Source: a virus. Taken from it: a stretch of 64,000 nucleotides of DNA. Under the pieces are notes generated by a model. It saw nothing but the letters and a program-made list of their open reading frames with translations. It searched no databases and was not told the origin of the DNA. Shown in pieces: positions 1 to 10,276 of this stretch (position 1 is its first letter; each line of letters starts with the position of its first letter). The position numbers were made by a program, and so were the translations under genes. Location of the stretch: positions 1 to 64,000 of the IMG/VR virus record IMGVR_UViG_3300034170_000023. The stretch is one strand, 5' to 3'.

Positions 1-406
1 AGAATGGCAGTAAATATTCTGATGGTAAGATTGGTATTAGATGCCTTCCTATTATCACCCAAGATAGTATTGCTTCTTGGCAATGGGATCAAGAGACTGG
101 CACTAAGATTACAGGGATGCTTCAGTGGAAGAATAAACCCGCTGGTTTACGTCAACTTGTAATGCTCACTGCTGGTCAGTATATTCCAATCCCCCGAGCT
201 AAATACATTCACTTCCGTAACAACCCTATCAAGGATAACCCGGAAGGGGTTTCTCCGCTAGCAAGTGTATGGCGGGCATGGAAGTATAAGGCTGCTCTAC
301 AAGAGCACGAAGCTATGGGGATCGCAGCAGACTTACGAGGTCTAAAGGTTCTATATATCCCTCCTCGGTATTTAGATCCTAATGCATCAGAGGAAGACAA
401 AGCGGT
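1..406 (+). CDS. Portal protein, exon 1 (5' part outside window)
   Basis: Open frame from window start (NGSKYSDGKIGIRCLPIITQD...NPEGVSPLASVWRAWKYK...EAMGIAADLRG) resembling phage portals; lies directly upstream of protease/scaffold/capsid genes. Confidence 0.85.
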
Positions 407-1407
407 TAAATGTGGGCCGCACGTCAGAGCAATTTGACGTTAAAAACTCTTTTAATTCGGTGAACCCCCAAACGTAAAGTCGTGGGCAATACCGAGCTAA
501 GTTCTCTTGTACACCTCCGAATATTAGTAGGAGGCTACATGAATAAAGTCCTTATAGAAAATTCTTTAGATTATTGGGTAACAGATACGGGTAGAGTTTT
601 TAGAGGTAAACGGGAATTAAAGAAGAATAAAGGAACTGTAGGTTACACAACAGTATCCATTGCATACATAAATGGTCCACGCAAACTTAAGTTTGTTCAT
701 CGTTTGGTTGCAGAAGCTTTTATTTCTAACCCTGAAAACAAACCTATCGTTAATCATAAAAATCTAGTAAAGAAAGACAATCGCATAGAAAATTTGGAAT
801 GGGTAACAGCACAAGAAAATTGTCGACACGCACATGATAACGGTGCACACAGGGTTGATAATGCTGCAACTTATTCCATGTACCCTATCGAACTAATCCA
901 TAAAATTTGTAGCTTGATACAAGAAGGTCGTAGGACCATCGATATTATCAAAGCATTGGCAGTTCCTAAACACTTAGTTCATGATATTAGGACTAAAAGA
1001 ATATGGAACCATATTAGTGATTTGTATGTATTTGTGAAAGCACGTACTCGCAGACTATCTGATCAAACTGCTGAATGGATTTGCAAGATGATTGTTGAAG
1101 GCAAAACACCAAAAGAAATTAAAGAGCTGTCGAGTGGAAAAGTTAACACTCACACAGTGAAAGATATAAAACAGAAAAAGAGCTATGCTGACATTTCTGG
1201 CAAGTATTTTTAATTAACTGGTGTACAAGAGAAAAAGTGTAACGACTATCGAAACGGCACAGAAATGTGGAACGGAGTAGAGTAGGGGCAAGTGCCCCGA
1301 AATGGAGAGCAACCCTAGAGGTTGAAGATATAGTCTACTCTCATGTGAAAGCATGAGCTGCACGTAAAGGTGCGGGAAGGGATTAACGAACCCTTTTGAA
1401 TATATGG
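407..1407 (+). mobile_element. Group I intron (IA-like) in the portal gene
   Basis: P1 GCGGT|...GCCGC with U-G pair at 406/416; P/Q-like TTAATTCGGTGAA and GCAATACCGAGC; P6a stem TTCTCTTGTACAC(501-513)/GTGTACAAGAGAA(1221-1233) enclosing the ORF; R/S elements ACGACTATC and AAGATATAGTC; joining 406 to 1408 restores the frame (KAV-GEYYKQIMR). 3' splice site could be 1407 or 1410. Confidence 0.9.
539..1213 (+). CDS. Intron-encoded HNH homing endonuclease with two C-terminal HTH-like repeats
   Basis: VHRLVAEAFI...VNHKNLVKKDNRIENLEWVT HNH motif; GGAGG RBS before ATG 539. Confidence 0.9.
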   Translation: MNKVLIENSLDYWVTDTGRVFRGKRELKKNKGTVGYTTVSIAYINGPRKLKFVHRLVAEAFISNPENKPIVNHKNLVKKDNRIENLEWVTAQENCRHAHDNGAHRVDNAATYSMYPIELIHKICSLIQEGRRTIDIIKALAVPKHLVHDIRTKRIWNHISDLYVFVKARTRRLSDQTAEWICKMIVEGKTPKEIKELSSGKVNTHTVKDIKQKKSYADISGKYF

Positions 1408-2077
1408 CGGCGAATACTACAAACAGATTATGCGTAACCTACACACTAACGAACAGTCAGGTTTGATTCTGCCTCAAGTGTTGGATGATAAAGGTGAGCA
1501 ATACTTCAAGTTTGAACTGATGTCCATGACTGGTCAGAAGTCTTATGATGTAAGTGGTGTAATTAAGCGTTATGAGAAAGACATTATCACTGCATTGATG
1601 GCATCTCAAATGATGCTTGGCGGTGAGAATGGTGGTAGTTTCTCCCTTGCTGAATCCCTATCTAATATCTCTGAAATGGCTATTGAATCTAAGTTACTTG
1701 AAATTCAAGAACAACTTAATCATGACATGCTAAGACAGATATTTGAATTGAATGGTATGCGTACAGACGTAATGCCTGAGATTCGTTTCGGTAGTGTTGA
1801 TAAGACTGACCTTGATGTTCTATCTAAGTTTATTCAACGTGTGGGTGCAGTGGGTATGCTTGCTGATACACCAGAGACTATTAACTGGATCGCCCAACAA
1901 GCCAAGATGCCTAAGCCTTTTGATGATACTAGTATTGATCAAGAAACAGCTCGTGAAGCCCTTGTAGGGTTTACTAGCAATGCCGGTGAAGGTATGACTT
2001 CTGGTATGGGTAATGGTACAGGATCTTCCACAGGCTCATCAGGTGACAGTTCAACATCAAATGGAGAAAACACTTGA
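1408..2077 (+). CDS. Portal protein, exon 2
   Basis: EQSGLILPQ...VIKRYEKDI...GGSFSLAES...IQEQLNHD portal-like C-terminal half, in frame after intron removal. Confidence 0.85.
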
Positions 2078-2640
2078 TGACTAAAGAAGATACAAAGAAA
2101 GGTTTAATGGATGGTTTCTTATCCTTGATTGAGAAAGCCTTTGGCTCTATAGAGAAAGAAACTCCTGATCAAGTATTGAAAGCTGAAGAAATGATTAGCT
2201 ATGAAGTTGTCTATGAGCCTGATGTTAAGGATGCTCATGGTGAATGGATGAGCACTGAAACTGTTGCTAAAGCTTGTGAAGACTTCAACCAATACTTAGA
2301 GGAAGGTGTTGTTCAACCTAACCTATTCCACCTTGAAAACACTGATGCTTTCACTATTGAGAAGTCTTGGATTGTTCCTGAGATCAATATGATTGTTGAA
2401 GCTACTGGTGAGAAAGTTAAAGCCGGTACTTGGATTGCCAAGATTAAGTATAACAGTGACCACCTATGGACACTAAAGAAAGCCGGTATTGTTGGTGGTG
2501 TCAGTATTGGTGCTATTGGCAAGGTCAATAAAAAGACTGGTGAAATCACTGATGTTTCTTTTGCTCCACAGGGAGAAACAACTACTACTGAAACTGGTAA
2601 GCCAAAGAACAAAAGGAAAAGGTTAGCTTATGCCCCTTGA
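2074..2640 (+). CDS. Putative prohead protease (XkdF-like)
   Basis: VVYEPDVKDAHGEW...NLFH...ESW-like...GTW...GVSIGA motifs; position after portal. Confidence 0.75.
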   Translation: MMTKEDTKKGLMDGFLSLIEKAFGSIEKETPDQVLKAEEMISYEVVYEPDVKDAHGEWMSTETVAKACEDFNQYLEEGVVQPNLFHLENTDAFTIEKSWIVPEINMIVEATGEKVKAGTWIAKIKYNSDHLWTLKKAGIVGGVSIGAIGKVNKKTGEITDVSFAPQGETTTTETGKPKNKRKRLAYAP

Positions 2641-3586
2641 GATTACGAAAGTAGCCACAAAGAAAACTCCCCACTTAGCTCTATGTCATGAAGACCAAGG
2701 ATTCAGTGCTAACAATCGCTCTGTATCACTTCTGATGAAGTCCGGTGGTGAGTTCAGTGAAGAAGTACAGAAAGCTCTTATAGCTCTTGGTTATGATACT
2801 AATCATGCCCTTGTTAAAGCATTCTACAGCCAAACCCTTACTCAACTCACAGACCAGATTAAAGAACTGTATTGTGACGATGAAGATGATTGGCTGTATG
2901 TAGAAGACTTCGATGAAACACAAGCCATCTTCTGTATTGAAGGGTGTTTGTATTCTGTAAAGTATAGCAATTCAGACGGTGTTATCACGGTAGATGATAC
3001 TGCAACTCCGGTCACTAGAATGGTTTCTTACGATCCAGCCGAAGGCAAGATTGAGCTGTCTGAGCAAGCTGAAGATATGATTGAAGATGGCACTTATAAG
3101 CTTGTAAAAAAAGCTCTTAATAATCCTGAGACAGTCAAGCGGTTAGAAACTATTTTCAAGACTGCTATTAATAAAGACAATCAAACCCTTAAATCTAAAG
3201 TACAGGATACTCCCTTGAAAGAAGAAATCGAAAAAGCCGTCGCTGCCGTGGAAACCCTCCTGAAAGCACAGATCCATGCACAAACTGAAGCTCTGGAAAA
3301 AGCCAGCCTTCGTATTAAAGAACTAGAACAAACTGCTGTTACCAAATCTCGTAAGGAACTGTTGTCCTCTGTTGAAGAAGATGCAGTTAAACTTGACGCT
3401 CTGGTTAAGTCACTGGAAACACTTGGTGATGAAGCATTCGCTGTTGTAGCTGCAACTATGGTTGAGAAAGCTGCTGTCGTTGAACAAAGTGGTCTATTCA
3501 AACAAACATCCGTGCATATGAAAGTAGAAGAATCCGATGAAGGTTCTTTTGATGCAATGATGAAAGCCAAATACGCTGCCAAGTAA
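2630..3586 (+). CDS. Putative capsid scaffolding protein
   Basis: Acidic, coiled-coil C-terminus; between protease and capsid genes. Confidence 0.55.
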   Translation: MPLEITKVATKKTPHLALCHEDQGFSANNRSVSLLMKSGGEFSEEVQKALIALGYDTNHALVKAFYSQTLTQLTDQIKELYCDDEDDWLYVEDFDETQAIFCIEGCLYSVKYSNSDGVITVDDTATPVTRMVSYDPAEGKIELSEQAEDMIEDGTYKLVKKALNNPETVKRLETIFKTAINKDNQTLKSKVQDTPLKEEIEKAVAAVETLLKAQIHAQTEALEKASLRIKELEQTAVTKSRKELLSSVEEDAVKLDALVKSLETLGDEAFAVVAATMVEKAAVVEQSGLFKQTSVHMKVEESDEGSFDAMMKAKYAAK

Positions 3587-3614
3587 TTTTAAATAATAAC
3601 AAAGGAAATATACA

Positions 3615-4082
3615 ATGCCACTAATTCAACGTCCTTATCAACTTCTGTCTGACCTCGTTGTACATGAAGTTGATCCATGTGTAGGTTACGCTCGAAAAGT
3701 TGTAGATGTAACTGTAGCTGCAAACACCACCATTAAACTTGGTTCTGTTGTGTTCCGTGCCAAAGGTACTGACCCAACTGTAGCATACTCTGTTGTAGCA
3801 GACGCTACTAGCTTTGTAACCACCAATGAATTTGCTGTTGTTATCGGCGACTTCTACGGTTATGAACTCTCTACAATTGCACTGACTGCTGCTACCAGCC
3901 CTCAGAAAATTACTGTTTACAAACGCGGCCAAGTGATCCTAAAAGACTTCACTCTTCTTGCTGCTGTTAAACTAAACTTTGCTGGCATCACTGATACCCA
4001 ATTTGGTGTTCTGAAGCATCTTCTTGAACTCCAAGATGTGCTGGTCGAAACCGCTGGTACTATTGTTCGTCCATCTATCTAA
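3615..4082 (+). CDS. Head decoration protein
   Basis: 155 aa directly upstream of major capsid gene; strong RBS. Confidence 0.65.
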   Translation: MPLIQRPYQLLSDLVVHEVDPCVGYARKVVDVTVAANTTIKLGSVVFRAKGTDPTVAYSVVADATSFVTTNEFAVVIGDFYGYELSTIALTAATSPQKITVYKRGQVILKDFTLLAAVKLNFAGITDTQFGVLKHLLELQDVLVETAGTIVRPSI

Positions 4083-4101
4083 TTTCGGAGTTTAAAATAA
4101 T

Positions 4102-5175
4102 ATGGCACTTTCGTATAACCCTAACAACCTCAACCAAGTAGTAGACCTATCCACTCAGATCAACTACATCCCTAACCAATGGGGTCTGTACAACAGCCTT
4201 GGTATGTTCTCTAATGAGATGCTGGCTACCCGTACTGCTTTGGTTCCTCGCTTCCAACAAGCTCTGACCATCACTGGTGATCGTGGCTGGGATGAACGCA
4301 ATAGCGTGCAGGGTAACTACACCCGTGATGCATTGCTAATTCAAGTTCCTCACTTCCCACTAGATGATAGCATCACCCCTAACGATATTAACGGTATGGT
4401 TGACTTTACCAACGTCTTCGCTGGTATCCAAACTGAATCTGTTAACCTTGTTCGTGATCGTAAAATGCAAATGGCTCGTCAGAGTCACGCACAACGTCTG
4501 GAACTGGCTCGTGCTCAGTTGATCAATGACGGTACTGTGTACGCTCCAAACGGCACCATGAAGACCTCTTACGGTAGCACTGTAAACTTCTTCCAAGAGT
4601 TCGGCGTTACTCAGACTGCTCTTACTCTGGCATTGAATGACCTGACCCAAGATCCTTTGGCTGGCGTTGAACCAATCATTGCAACCATCCAAGATCGTCT
4701 GCAAAATGGTGTATTCAACTACGAAGGCATCATGTGTGTTTGCTCGCCTGAGTTCTTCTCCAAGCTGATTGCTCATCCATTCGTTCGTGATACCTACAAG
4801 TATTTCAACCAACAACAATCAGCTATGTTGCTGAATGGTCGTTTGAGTGCTCCGGGTTCTATGGGTCTTGATGATCGTTTCCGTTCTTTCAGCTACGGTG
4901 GTGTTACTTTCGTTGAATACCGTGGTTCGATTGGTGGTCAGTTGCTGGTTCCAGCTAACGAAGCTCGTGCATTCCCACTGCAACGTGACGGCTCCATGTA
5001 CAAAACCTACTACAGCCCTGCTCCACGTTTCAGCACTGTAAACCGTCCAGCTTCAGAAGTTTACTACTTCGAACACCGTAACGATAAAGATGACATCATT
5101 GAAATCATGACTGAATCTAACTTCGCTAACGCTGTACTTCGTCCACAAGCTATTATCAAACTAACCATCGTTTGA
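4102..5175 (+). CDS. Major capsid protein (lambda gpE-like)
   Basis: VDLSTQINYIPNQWG, VPHFPLDDSITPNDI, FSYGGVTFVEYRG, ESNFANAVLRPQ; highly biased codons; followed by a hairpin. Confidence 0.9.
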   Translation: MALSYNPNNLNQVVDLSTQINYIPNQWGLYNSLGMFSNEMLATRTALVPRFQQALTITGDRGWDERNSVQGNYTRDALLIQVPHFPLDDSITPNDINGMVDFTNVFAGIQTESVNLVRDRKMQMARQSHAQRLELARAQLINDGTVYAPNGTMKTSYGSTVNFFQEFGVTQTALTLALNDLTQDPLAGVEPIIATIQDRLQNGVFNYEGIMCVCSPEFFSKLIAHPFVRDTYKYFNQQQSAMLLNGRLSAPGSMGLDDRFRSFSYGGVTFVEYRGSIGGQLLVPANEARAFPLQRDGSMYKTYYSPAPRFSTVNRPASEVYYFEHRNDKDDIIEIMTESNFANAVLRPQAIIKLTIV

Positions 5176-5182
5176 TAATTAA

Positions 5183-5209
5183 GGGGCTGTAAAGCAGCCC
5201 CATTGTTTT
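5183..5209 (+). terminator. Putative intrinsic terminator after capsid gene
   Basis: GGGGCTG-TAAAG-CAGCCCC then ATTGTTTT. Confidence 0.6.
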
Positions 5210-5216
5210 AGGAGTT

Positions 5217-5456
5217 ATGAATATGGCTGCAACACCCGTTGTTGGTGCTGGTTATATCACAGCAGTAAAGAGCATCGCTGCTCAGATTAATGCTGGTACT
5301 GCTGTTCCTGCTGCAACTACTACTGTAAATGGCGCTGTAAAGAAAGCTGCCTTGGTGGCTGTCCCTGCAACCTTTGCTGACCTTGCTGCTGTACGAACTT
5401 GGGCTGCTGCTTTGACTGCCTCCCTTATCGCTGCTGGTGAAATGTCCGCAACCTAA
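5217..5456 (+). CDS. Small head-fibre-like protein
   Basis: VPAATTTVNGAVKKAA motif typical of head fibre repeats. Confidence 0.55.
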   Translation: MNMAATPVVGAGYITAVKSIAAQINAGTAVPAATTTVNGAVKKAALVAVPATFADLAAVRTWAAALTASLIAAGEMSAT

Positions 5457-5499
5457 ATAATGTGTCTCTGTGGTTCTTCTCCACAGAATAAGGAGAAGT

Positions 5500-5961
5500 A
5501 TGGCAACACTCACAGATGACCAAAAGATGATGATCATTAGGTTAGTAATTGGGGATGTTCCAAACAACCCCTTTTACCCTATGTTCATTGACGAAGAATA
5601 CTTAGCCTTCCTGTCTTATAATAAAGGTGTTGTTCAAAGGGCAATTCGTATGGCTGCCATTGGTGCCAGTATGATGCTTGCAACAATCAACTATAAAGAG
5701 ATGGTTGGGGATGAACAAGTCTGGTCTAACGTAAGTCGTGACTACCAGAAAGCTCTACAAGCACTGATTTCTGAAAGCGCTATTAACAACTTGGCTGACG
5801 GTATTATGCCGTATGCTTCTGGTATCTCTTATAAAGATATGGCAAGCAACAATGCTAATTGGGATAATGTCCGTCCAGAGATTTCTTATATTAACAGAGA
5901 GATGCACGCAAATGTATTCTTTAATAATAGAGTGATCCAATGGCCCTTAATTATCGTCTGA
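5500..5961 (+). CDS. Head-tail adaptor/neck protein
   Basis: IRLVIGD...PYASGIS motifs; AGGAG RBS; position. Confidence 0.6.
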   Translation: MATLTDDQKMMIIRLVIGDVPNNPFYPMFIDEEYLAFLSYNKGVVQRAIRMAAIGASMMLATINYKEMVGDEQVWSNVSRDYQKALQALISESAINNLADGIMPYASGISYKDMASNNANWDNVRPEISYINREMHANVFFNNRVIQWPLIIV

Positions 5962-6326
5962 TTAAATTCTCTGATTTAGTAGTATCCCGTGGATCTCAAG
6001 GTCACTATTTGGATGGTGATTGGGTGGCAGGGGATGTAACAACTTTTACTATCAAAGCTAAAATCCAACCTCTGAAAGATACAGAACTCCTACTTCTGCC
6101 AGAGTCTTCAAGAAATAGGTCTTGGGTTAAGGTTTACATCCAAGAAGGTCAAGTTGCAACACACTCTGCGTTACGTGCTGCCCAACAAGGCCCACAAGGA
6201 TTTGACCCTGACTTTTTTACTTGGCAGGGCTATAAGTACGAAGTTATGAAAGACCGAAACTATGACAACTCTGTAATAGATCACACAAGAGTTTTTGCTG
6301 CTCGGGTTGAAGTCACCCCAAACTAA
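5940..6326 (+). CDS. Head closure protein
   Basis: GHYLDGDWV...IQP...LLPE...FTWQGYKYEV; position. Confidence 0.6.
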   Translation: MALNYRLIKFSDLVVSRGSQGHYLDGDWVAGDVTTFTIKAKIQPLKDTELLLLPESSRNRSWVKVYIQEGQVATHSALRAAQQGPQGFDPDFFTWQGYKYEVMKDRNYDNSVIDHTRVFAARVEVTPN

Positions 6327-6336
6327 GGAAATTAAA

Positions 6337-6831
6337 ATGTCCCTCACCAAAGATACTAAAGTTTGGGATAGTCTAAAGAAAGGATTTCTTGAAGCTGCTG
6401 AGAAAGAGATTCAACTTGGCTGGTTCCCAGAACAACGCTATGGGCCTGACAATCACAACCTCCCAATGGCTTACGTGGCTAGGATGAACGAAGAGGGGCA
6501 TGTTAACGGATTTAATTCTTTATTCCCCGGAGCTATTACACCACCTAGACCGTTCATGCGTGTTGGGCTGAAAGAGGCACTTATTAGTGGTTCAAATACT
6601 GCTCAATTCAACGCAATGATCAAAGCTGTGGTAAGTGGTCAGTCTGTACTTAAGTCGTTTAAAGAGGCTCTAAATCCCCTTGAACACACGCTTAGAAAGG
6701 TGATGATGGATTGGGATACTCCCGGAAACGCCAAGTCAACAATAGCCTTGAAAGGTTTTGATGATCCTCTTCGTAACTCTGGAGAGTTAATAGCTAACGT
6801 CACTGCCAAGGTGATGAACAAACAAGAATAG
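6337..6831 (+). CDS. Neck/tail completion protein
   Basis: MAYVARMNEEG...PPRPFMR...NAKSTIALKGFDDPLRNSG. Confidence 0.65.
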   Translation: MSLTKDTKVWDSLKKGFLEAAEKEIQLGWFPEQRYGPDNHNLPMAYVARMNEEGHVNGFNSLFPGAITPPRPFMRVGLKEALISGSNTAQFNAMIKAVVSGQSVLKSFKEALNPLEHTLRKVMMDWDTPGNAKSTIALKGFDDPLRNSGELIANVTAKVMNKQE

Positions 6832-6839
6832 GAATTATC

Positions 6840-7373
6840 ATGGCAGTATACACAGATGTTAGAACAGGACTTAGGAATATAGCTGTTGCTGCACTCTCAG
6901 AGTTCACTTCTCCCCAAGTCATCTTCTCCAATTCAAGTGGTACAGAGCCTTCTGGTAGCTATGTCGTCGTTAATATTCTGGCTATTGAACAGATAGGTCA
7001 TAGAAGTAACTCTTCCAAACTAGATAGCCTTGGAAGACTTTCTACTATGGTTTCCTATGAAGTACAAGCTCAGTATAGTTTCATTGGTAGTGCTTCCGGT
7101 GATATGGCTCAAAGCTTCACACAAAGAATTAATAATAATCAAACAAGCTTGAATGCTCAGACAGCCAATAACCTTAGAGTTATGCGTAAGAGTAGCCTTC
7201 GTAGAGCACCACAGTTAAGAGATACCAAGTGGGTTGAGTATCATAACATTGATGTCACCTTCTCTTATAACGTAGTTACACAAGAAGCTGTGGATGAGAT
7301 TGATGTTGTAATCATTCAAAATCAAGCCACAAATTACACATTCACAGTGCCTCCGGGCCAAGCTATCCCATAG
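6840..7373 (+). CDS. Tail terminator-like protein
   Basis: Position directly before sheath; size 177 aa. Confidence 0.55.
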   Translation: MAVYTDVRTGLRNIAVAALSEFTSPQVIFSNSSGTEPSGSYVVVNILAIEQIGHRSNSSKLDSLGRLSTMVSYEVQAQYSFIGSASGDMAQSFTQRINNNQTSLNAQTANNLRVMRKSSLRRAPQLRDTKWVEYHNIDVTFSYNVVTQEAVDEIDVVIIQNQATNYTFTVPPGQAIP

Positions 7374-7413
7374 CAATCCCGTAGCAGTAGCTACATTAAA
7401 TAGGAATTATAAA

Positions 7414-8703
7414 TTGAGCGACCTCGACAGTATTGTCTCTATCCAACTCACCCGTGCATCTACTCCCGTTACCACTGCTAGCTTCTCTATCCCACTGATC
7501 CTAGCTCACTTCACAAACTTTGCTGAACGTACTCGTGTGTATACAAGCATTGCTGGTGTATTAGCTGACTTCAAGTCCACTGACCCTGTATATTCTATGG
7601 CAGCACAGTTGTTTGGTCAGTCTACTGTTGGTGCTACCCCTTCAAGCATTGTTGTAGGTCGCCGACAAGTTGACCTAGTTACTGGTGTACCAACAGTTGC
7701 AAACTTGGCTGTCTATACTGTCACTATCAATGGTGTTACTTATAGCTTCACTAGTGGTGCATCAGCAACAGCTATTGCTATCTGTGCAGGCTTGAAGATT
7801 GCTGTTGGCACTGTAGCTGGTATTACCTTTGTAGATAAGTTGGACGGCACTTTCACAGTAGCTCCTTCAACTGTTGGCGCTAATTGGAGTGTTACTACTT
7901 CTGCTAACCTAGTCCTTACAGCAACCACCCCTACAGAAACTCATGTAGATGCATTGGCTGCCGTTAACGCTAGTAATAGCACTTGGTACTGCCTAGTAGC
8001 ACGCACCCACACTCAAGCTGAAGTAGTAGCTTTGAATGGCGCAGTTACAGCATTGCGTAAAATTTATGGCACGTCTACCCAAGATGCTGCTGTAATTACC
8101 ACTGGCACCACTGACGTTGCGGCTGTCCTAAGTGCTGCAAGTGCAGGTCGTACTTTTGGTGTATACCTCCCAACTGCGGACACTGAATTCCCTGAAGCTG
8201 CTTGGGTTGGGGCTCAACTATCCTACACTCCGGGCAGTAACGACTGGGACTTCAAACAAGCAGTTAACGTCACAGCTTCAGTATTGTCAGAGACTGCACA
8301 AGCAAATCTGCGTACTAAGAAATGTAATATGTATACCCGTAAAGGTGGTGTTGCAGTATTCCAAGACGGTAATATGTTTGATGGTTCTCCAATTGACCAA
8401 GTGGTGATCACAGATTGGCTGTATGCACGTCTTCAGGAGCAAATATTTTTCCGTATTATTAACTCCTTGAAGATTCCTATGACCAACCCCGGTCTGGTAA
8501 TTGTTGAAAACGAAATCCGATCTGTCTTATCCCAAGCCCAAGCAAATGGAGCTATTGACCGGGGTTGGAGTGTTACAGTACCAGACGTCTTAAGCATCCC
8601 TGAGAACATGCGAGCACTACGCACTGCTGGTGTATTCCAGTTCAATTGCCGTCTCGCCGGTTCCATCAGATCTGTAAATGTCCAAGGTTACTTGGCCGTG
8701 TAG
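7414..8703 (+). CDS. Contractile tail sheath protein (DUF3383-like)
   Basis: FAERTRVYTS...PEAAWVG...PGSNDWDFKQ...DWLYARLQE...KIPMTNPG; TTG start with AGGA RBS. Confidence 0.85.
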   Translation: MSDLDSIVSIQLTRASTPVTTASFSIPLILAHFTNFAERTRVYTSIAGVLADFKSTDPVYSMAAQLFGQSTVGATPSSIVVGRRQVDLVTGVPTVANLAVYTVTINGVTYSFTSGASATAIAICAGLKIAVGTVAGITFVDKLDGTFTVAPSTVGANWSVTTSANLVLTATTPTETHVDALAAVNASNSTWYCLVARTHTQAEVVALNGAVTALRKIYGTSTQDAAVITTGTTDVAAVLSAASAGRTFGVYLPTADTEFPEAAWVGAQLSYTPGSNDWDFKQAVNVTASVLSETAQANLRTKKCNMYTRKGGVAVFQDGNMFDGSPIDQVVITDWLYARLQEQIFFRIINSLKIPMTNPGLVIVENEIRSVLSQAQANGAIDRGWSVTVPDVLSIPENMRALRTAGVFQFNCRLAGSIRSVNVQGYLAV

Positions 8704-8732
8704 TTGACTTCCTCTTGTTATAGTGATACACT
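8704..8732 (+). promoter_or_regulatory. sigma70-type promoter for the free-standing endonuclease
   Basis: TTGACT-17 bp-TACACT immediately after the sheath stop. Confidence 0.55.
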
Positions 8733-8764
8733 CTTTCCTTACAAATAAGTCAGGAGTGTGTATT

Positions 8765-9679
8765 GTGGCAAGAGGCAAGAAATCTAAAGTAGAAATAGGT
8801 TCAACATTTAATAGGTGGACTGTAGTTTCTACTCCGTTTGAAAGGGAATTCCCATCTGGAAGCAAGGCATTATTTGTTACTTGTAACTGTTCTTGTGGAA
8901 CAGTTGGGAAGGCTGTCAGGTTATCCCTGTTAACATCTTCTGCGTCAAATGCATCAAAATCTTGTGGTTGTATTAAAACAGAAGTTGCCAAGCAGAAAAG
9001 GGAACCTCCTATAGTTGGTAGTAAGTTTGGGAGATTGGAAATCCTTGAGGATTTGGGGCAAGTACAGGGTAAATCTAGGACATATAGTAAGGTACTTGTG
9101 ATCTGTTCTTGTGGCAGCCCGTCATTCCCAGTGTCTTATAGCTCCATAAAACAAGGTAAGACAATCTCTTGTGGTTGCTATAACAAAGAGCGAATAGTAG
9201 AAACTCATAAAACACACGGAATGTACAAGTCAAAGATTTACAAAGTGTGGATGGGTATCATTGATAGAATAGATAATCCTAATAACAAGCAATTTCATGA
9301 TTATGGTGGAAGAGGTATATCCAACTTATGGGAAGACTTTGAGCATTTCCTAGTAGATATGCAATATGGGTACTTTGATGGTTGTGAGATAGATAGGATT
9401 GATGTTAATGGTAACTACTGTACGTCCAATTGCAGGTGGGTAACAAAGTCAGTTAGCACACATAATAAGAGGAAGTCCCTAAACAGGACCTCTATTTATA
9501 TGGGCGTATACCTACACAATGTTAACTCAGCATGGATAGCCTCCTTACAGAAAGATGGTGTTAATTACTTATCAAAGTCTTTCCAGACTGAATATGCTGC
9601 TGCTTTTGCCTATGACAACGCCTCTGAGGAGTTCTATGGTGATCGCCCAAATAAAACAATTAAGGGAGTTATCCCATAA
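8765..9679 (+). CDS. Free-standing HNH/AP2 homing endonuclease
   Basis: Repeated F(N/G)R...CxCSCG...SCGC units, YGGRGI, IDRIDVNGNYCTSNCRW, C-terminal AP2-like YMGV...AAFAYD. Confidence 0.85.
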   Translation: MARGKKSKVEIGSTFNRWTVVSTPFEREFPSGSKALFVTCNCSCGTVGKAVRLSLLTSSASNASKSCGCIKTEVAKQKREPPIVGSKFGRLEILEDLGQVQGKSRTYSKVLVICSCGSPSFPVSYSSIKQGKTISCGCYNKERIVETHKTHGMYKSKIYKVWMGIIDRIDNPNNKQFHDYGGRGISNLWEDFEHFLVDMQYGYFDGCEIDRIDVNGNYCTSNCRWVTKSVSTHNKRKSLNRTSIYMGVYLHNVNSAWIASLQKDGVNYLSKSFQTEYAAAFAYDNASEEFYGDRPNKTIKGVIP

Positions 9680-9697
9680 ATAAACAAGAGGTATTAT

Positions 9698-10222
9698 ATG
9701 TCTTCTGACGCCCTACTAGGCAACTACTCACCAGAGAGCCTTGTTATTGTATTGAGTAAAGGTGACTTTGTTCATACAATCCAAGGTTTTGCTGATGGGT
9801 CGTTCCTCAACATTAACCGTGAAACACCAGCCTCTACTTTGTATGTAGGCTCTGACCTATCAGCAGGTCGTGTTAAACGTCGCAACAAAGCTTCCACCAT
9901 CACCATCACCCTACACCAATTCAGTGCATCTAACGCTGTTCTTCAAGCACTACAACGTGCTGATGAAGAAGACGATACAGACACTTGGGTGGTAGCAATG
10001 ACCATTAAGGATACTTCTGGTACTTCTTCTTGGTCAAGCAACCAAACCTTTATTGGTACTGTTCCTGATGCTCAACTTGGCAGCACCGCTGAGAGTCGTG
10101 CTTGGGTACTACATGCTGTATCTCTGAATGCTAACGTTGGTAGTAATACCCGCTTTGGCGCTTCAGAGGTTGCTGCAATGGGTGCATTGGGCGCCACTGT
10201 AGAAGACCGTTGGAAGTTGTAA
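9698..10222 (+). CDS. Tail tube protein (DUF3277-like)
   Basis: YSPESL...GFADGSF...ITITLHQFSASN...IKDTSG; followed by a hairpin. Confidence 0.75.
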   Translation: MSSDALLGNYSPESLVIVLSKGDFVHTIQGFADGSFLNINRETPASTLYVGSDLSAGRVKRRNKASTITITLHQFSASNAVLQALQRADEEDDTDTWVVAMTIKDTSGTSSWSSNQTFIGTVPDAQLGSTAESRAWVLHAVSLNANVGSNTRFGASEVAAMGALGATVEDRWKL

Positions 10223-10239
10223 TTAATACTTAGTAATGT

Positions 10240-10263
10240 GGGGCTGTAATAGCCCCTTATTTT
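10240..10263 (+). terminator. Putative intrinsic terminator
   Basis: GGGGCT-GTAAT-AGCCCC-TTATTTT. Confidence 0.6.
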
Positions 10264-10276
10264 GCAAGAGGGCTGT

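Noticed and set aside
482-538. GTG start at 482 for the intron ORF
   Set aside because: Lies in the intron core; ATG 539 has a GGAGG RBS
8704-9697. Second intron around the HNH/AP2 gene
   Set aside because: Sheath and tube genes are complete on either side and no group I core elements are visible
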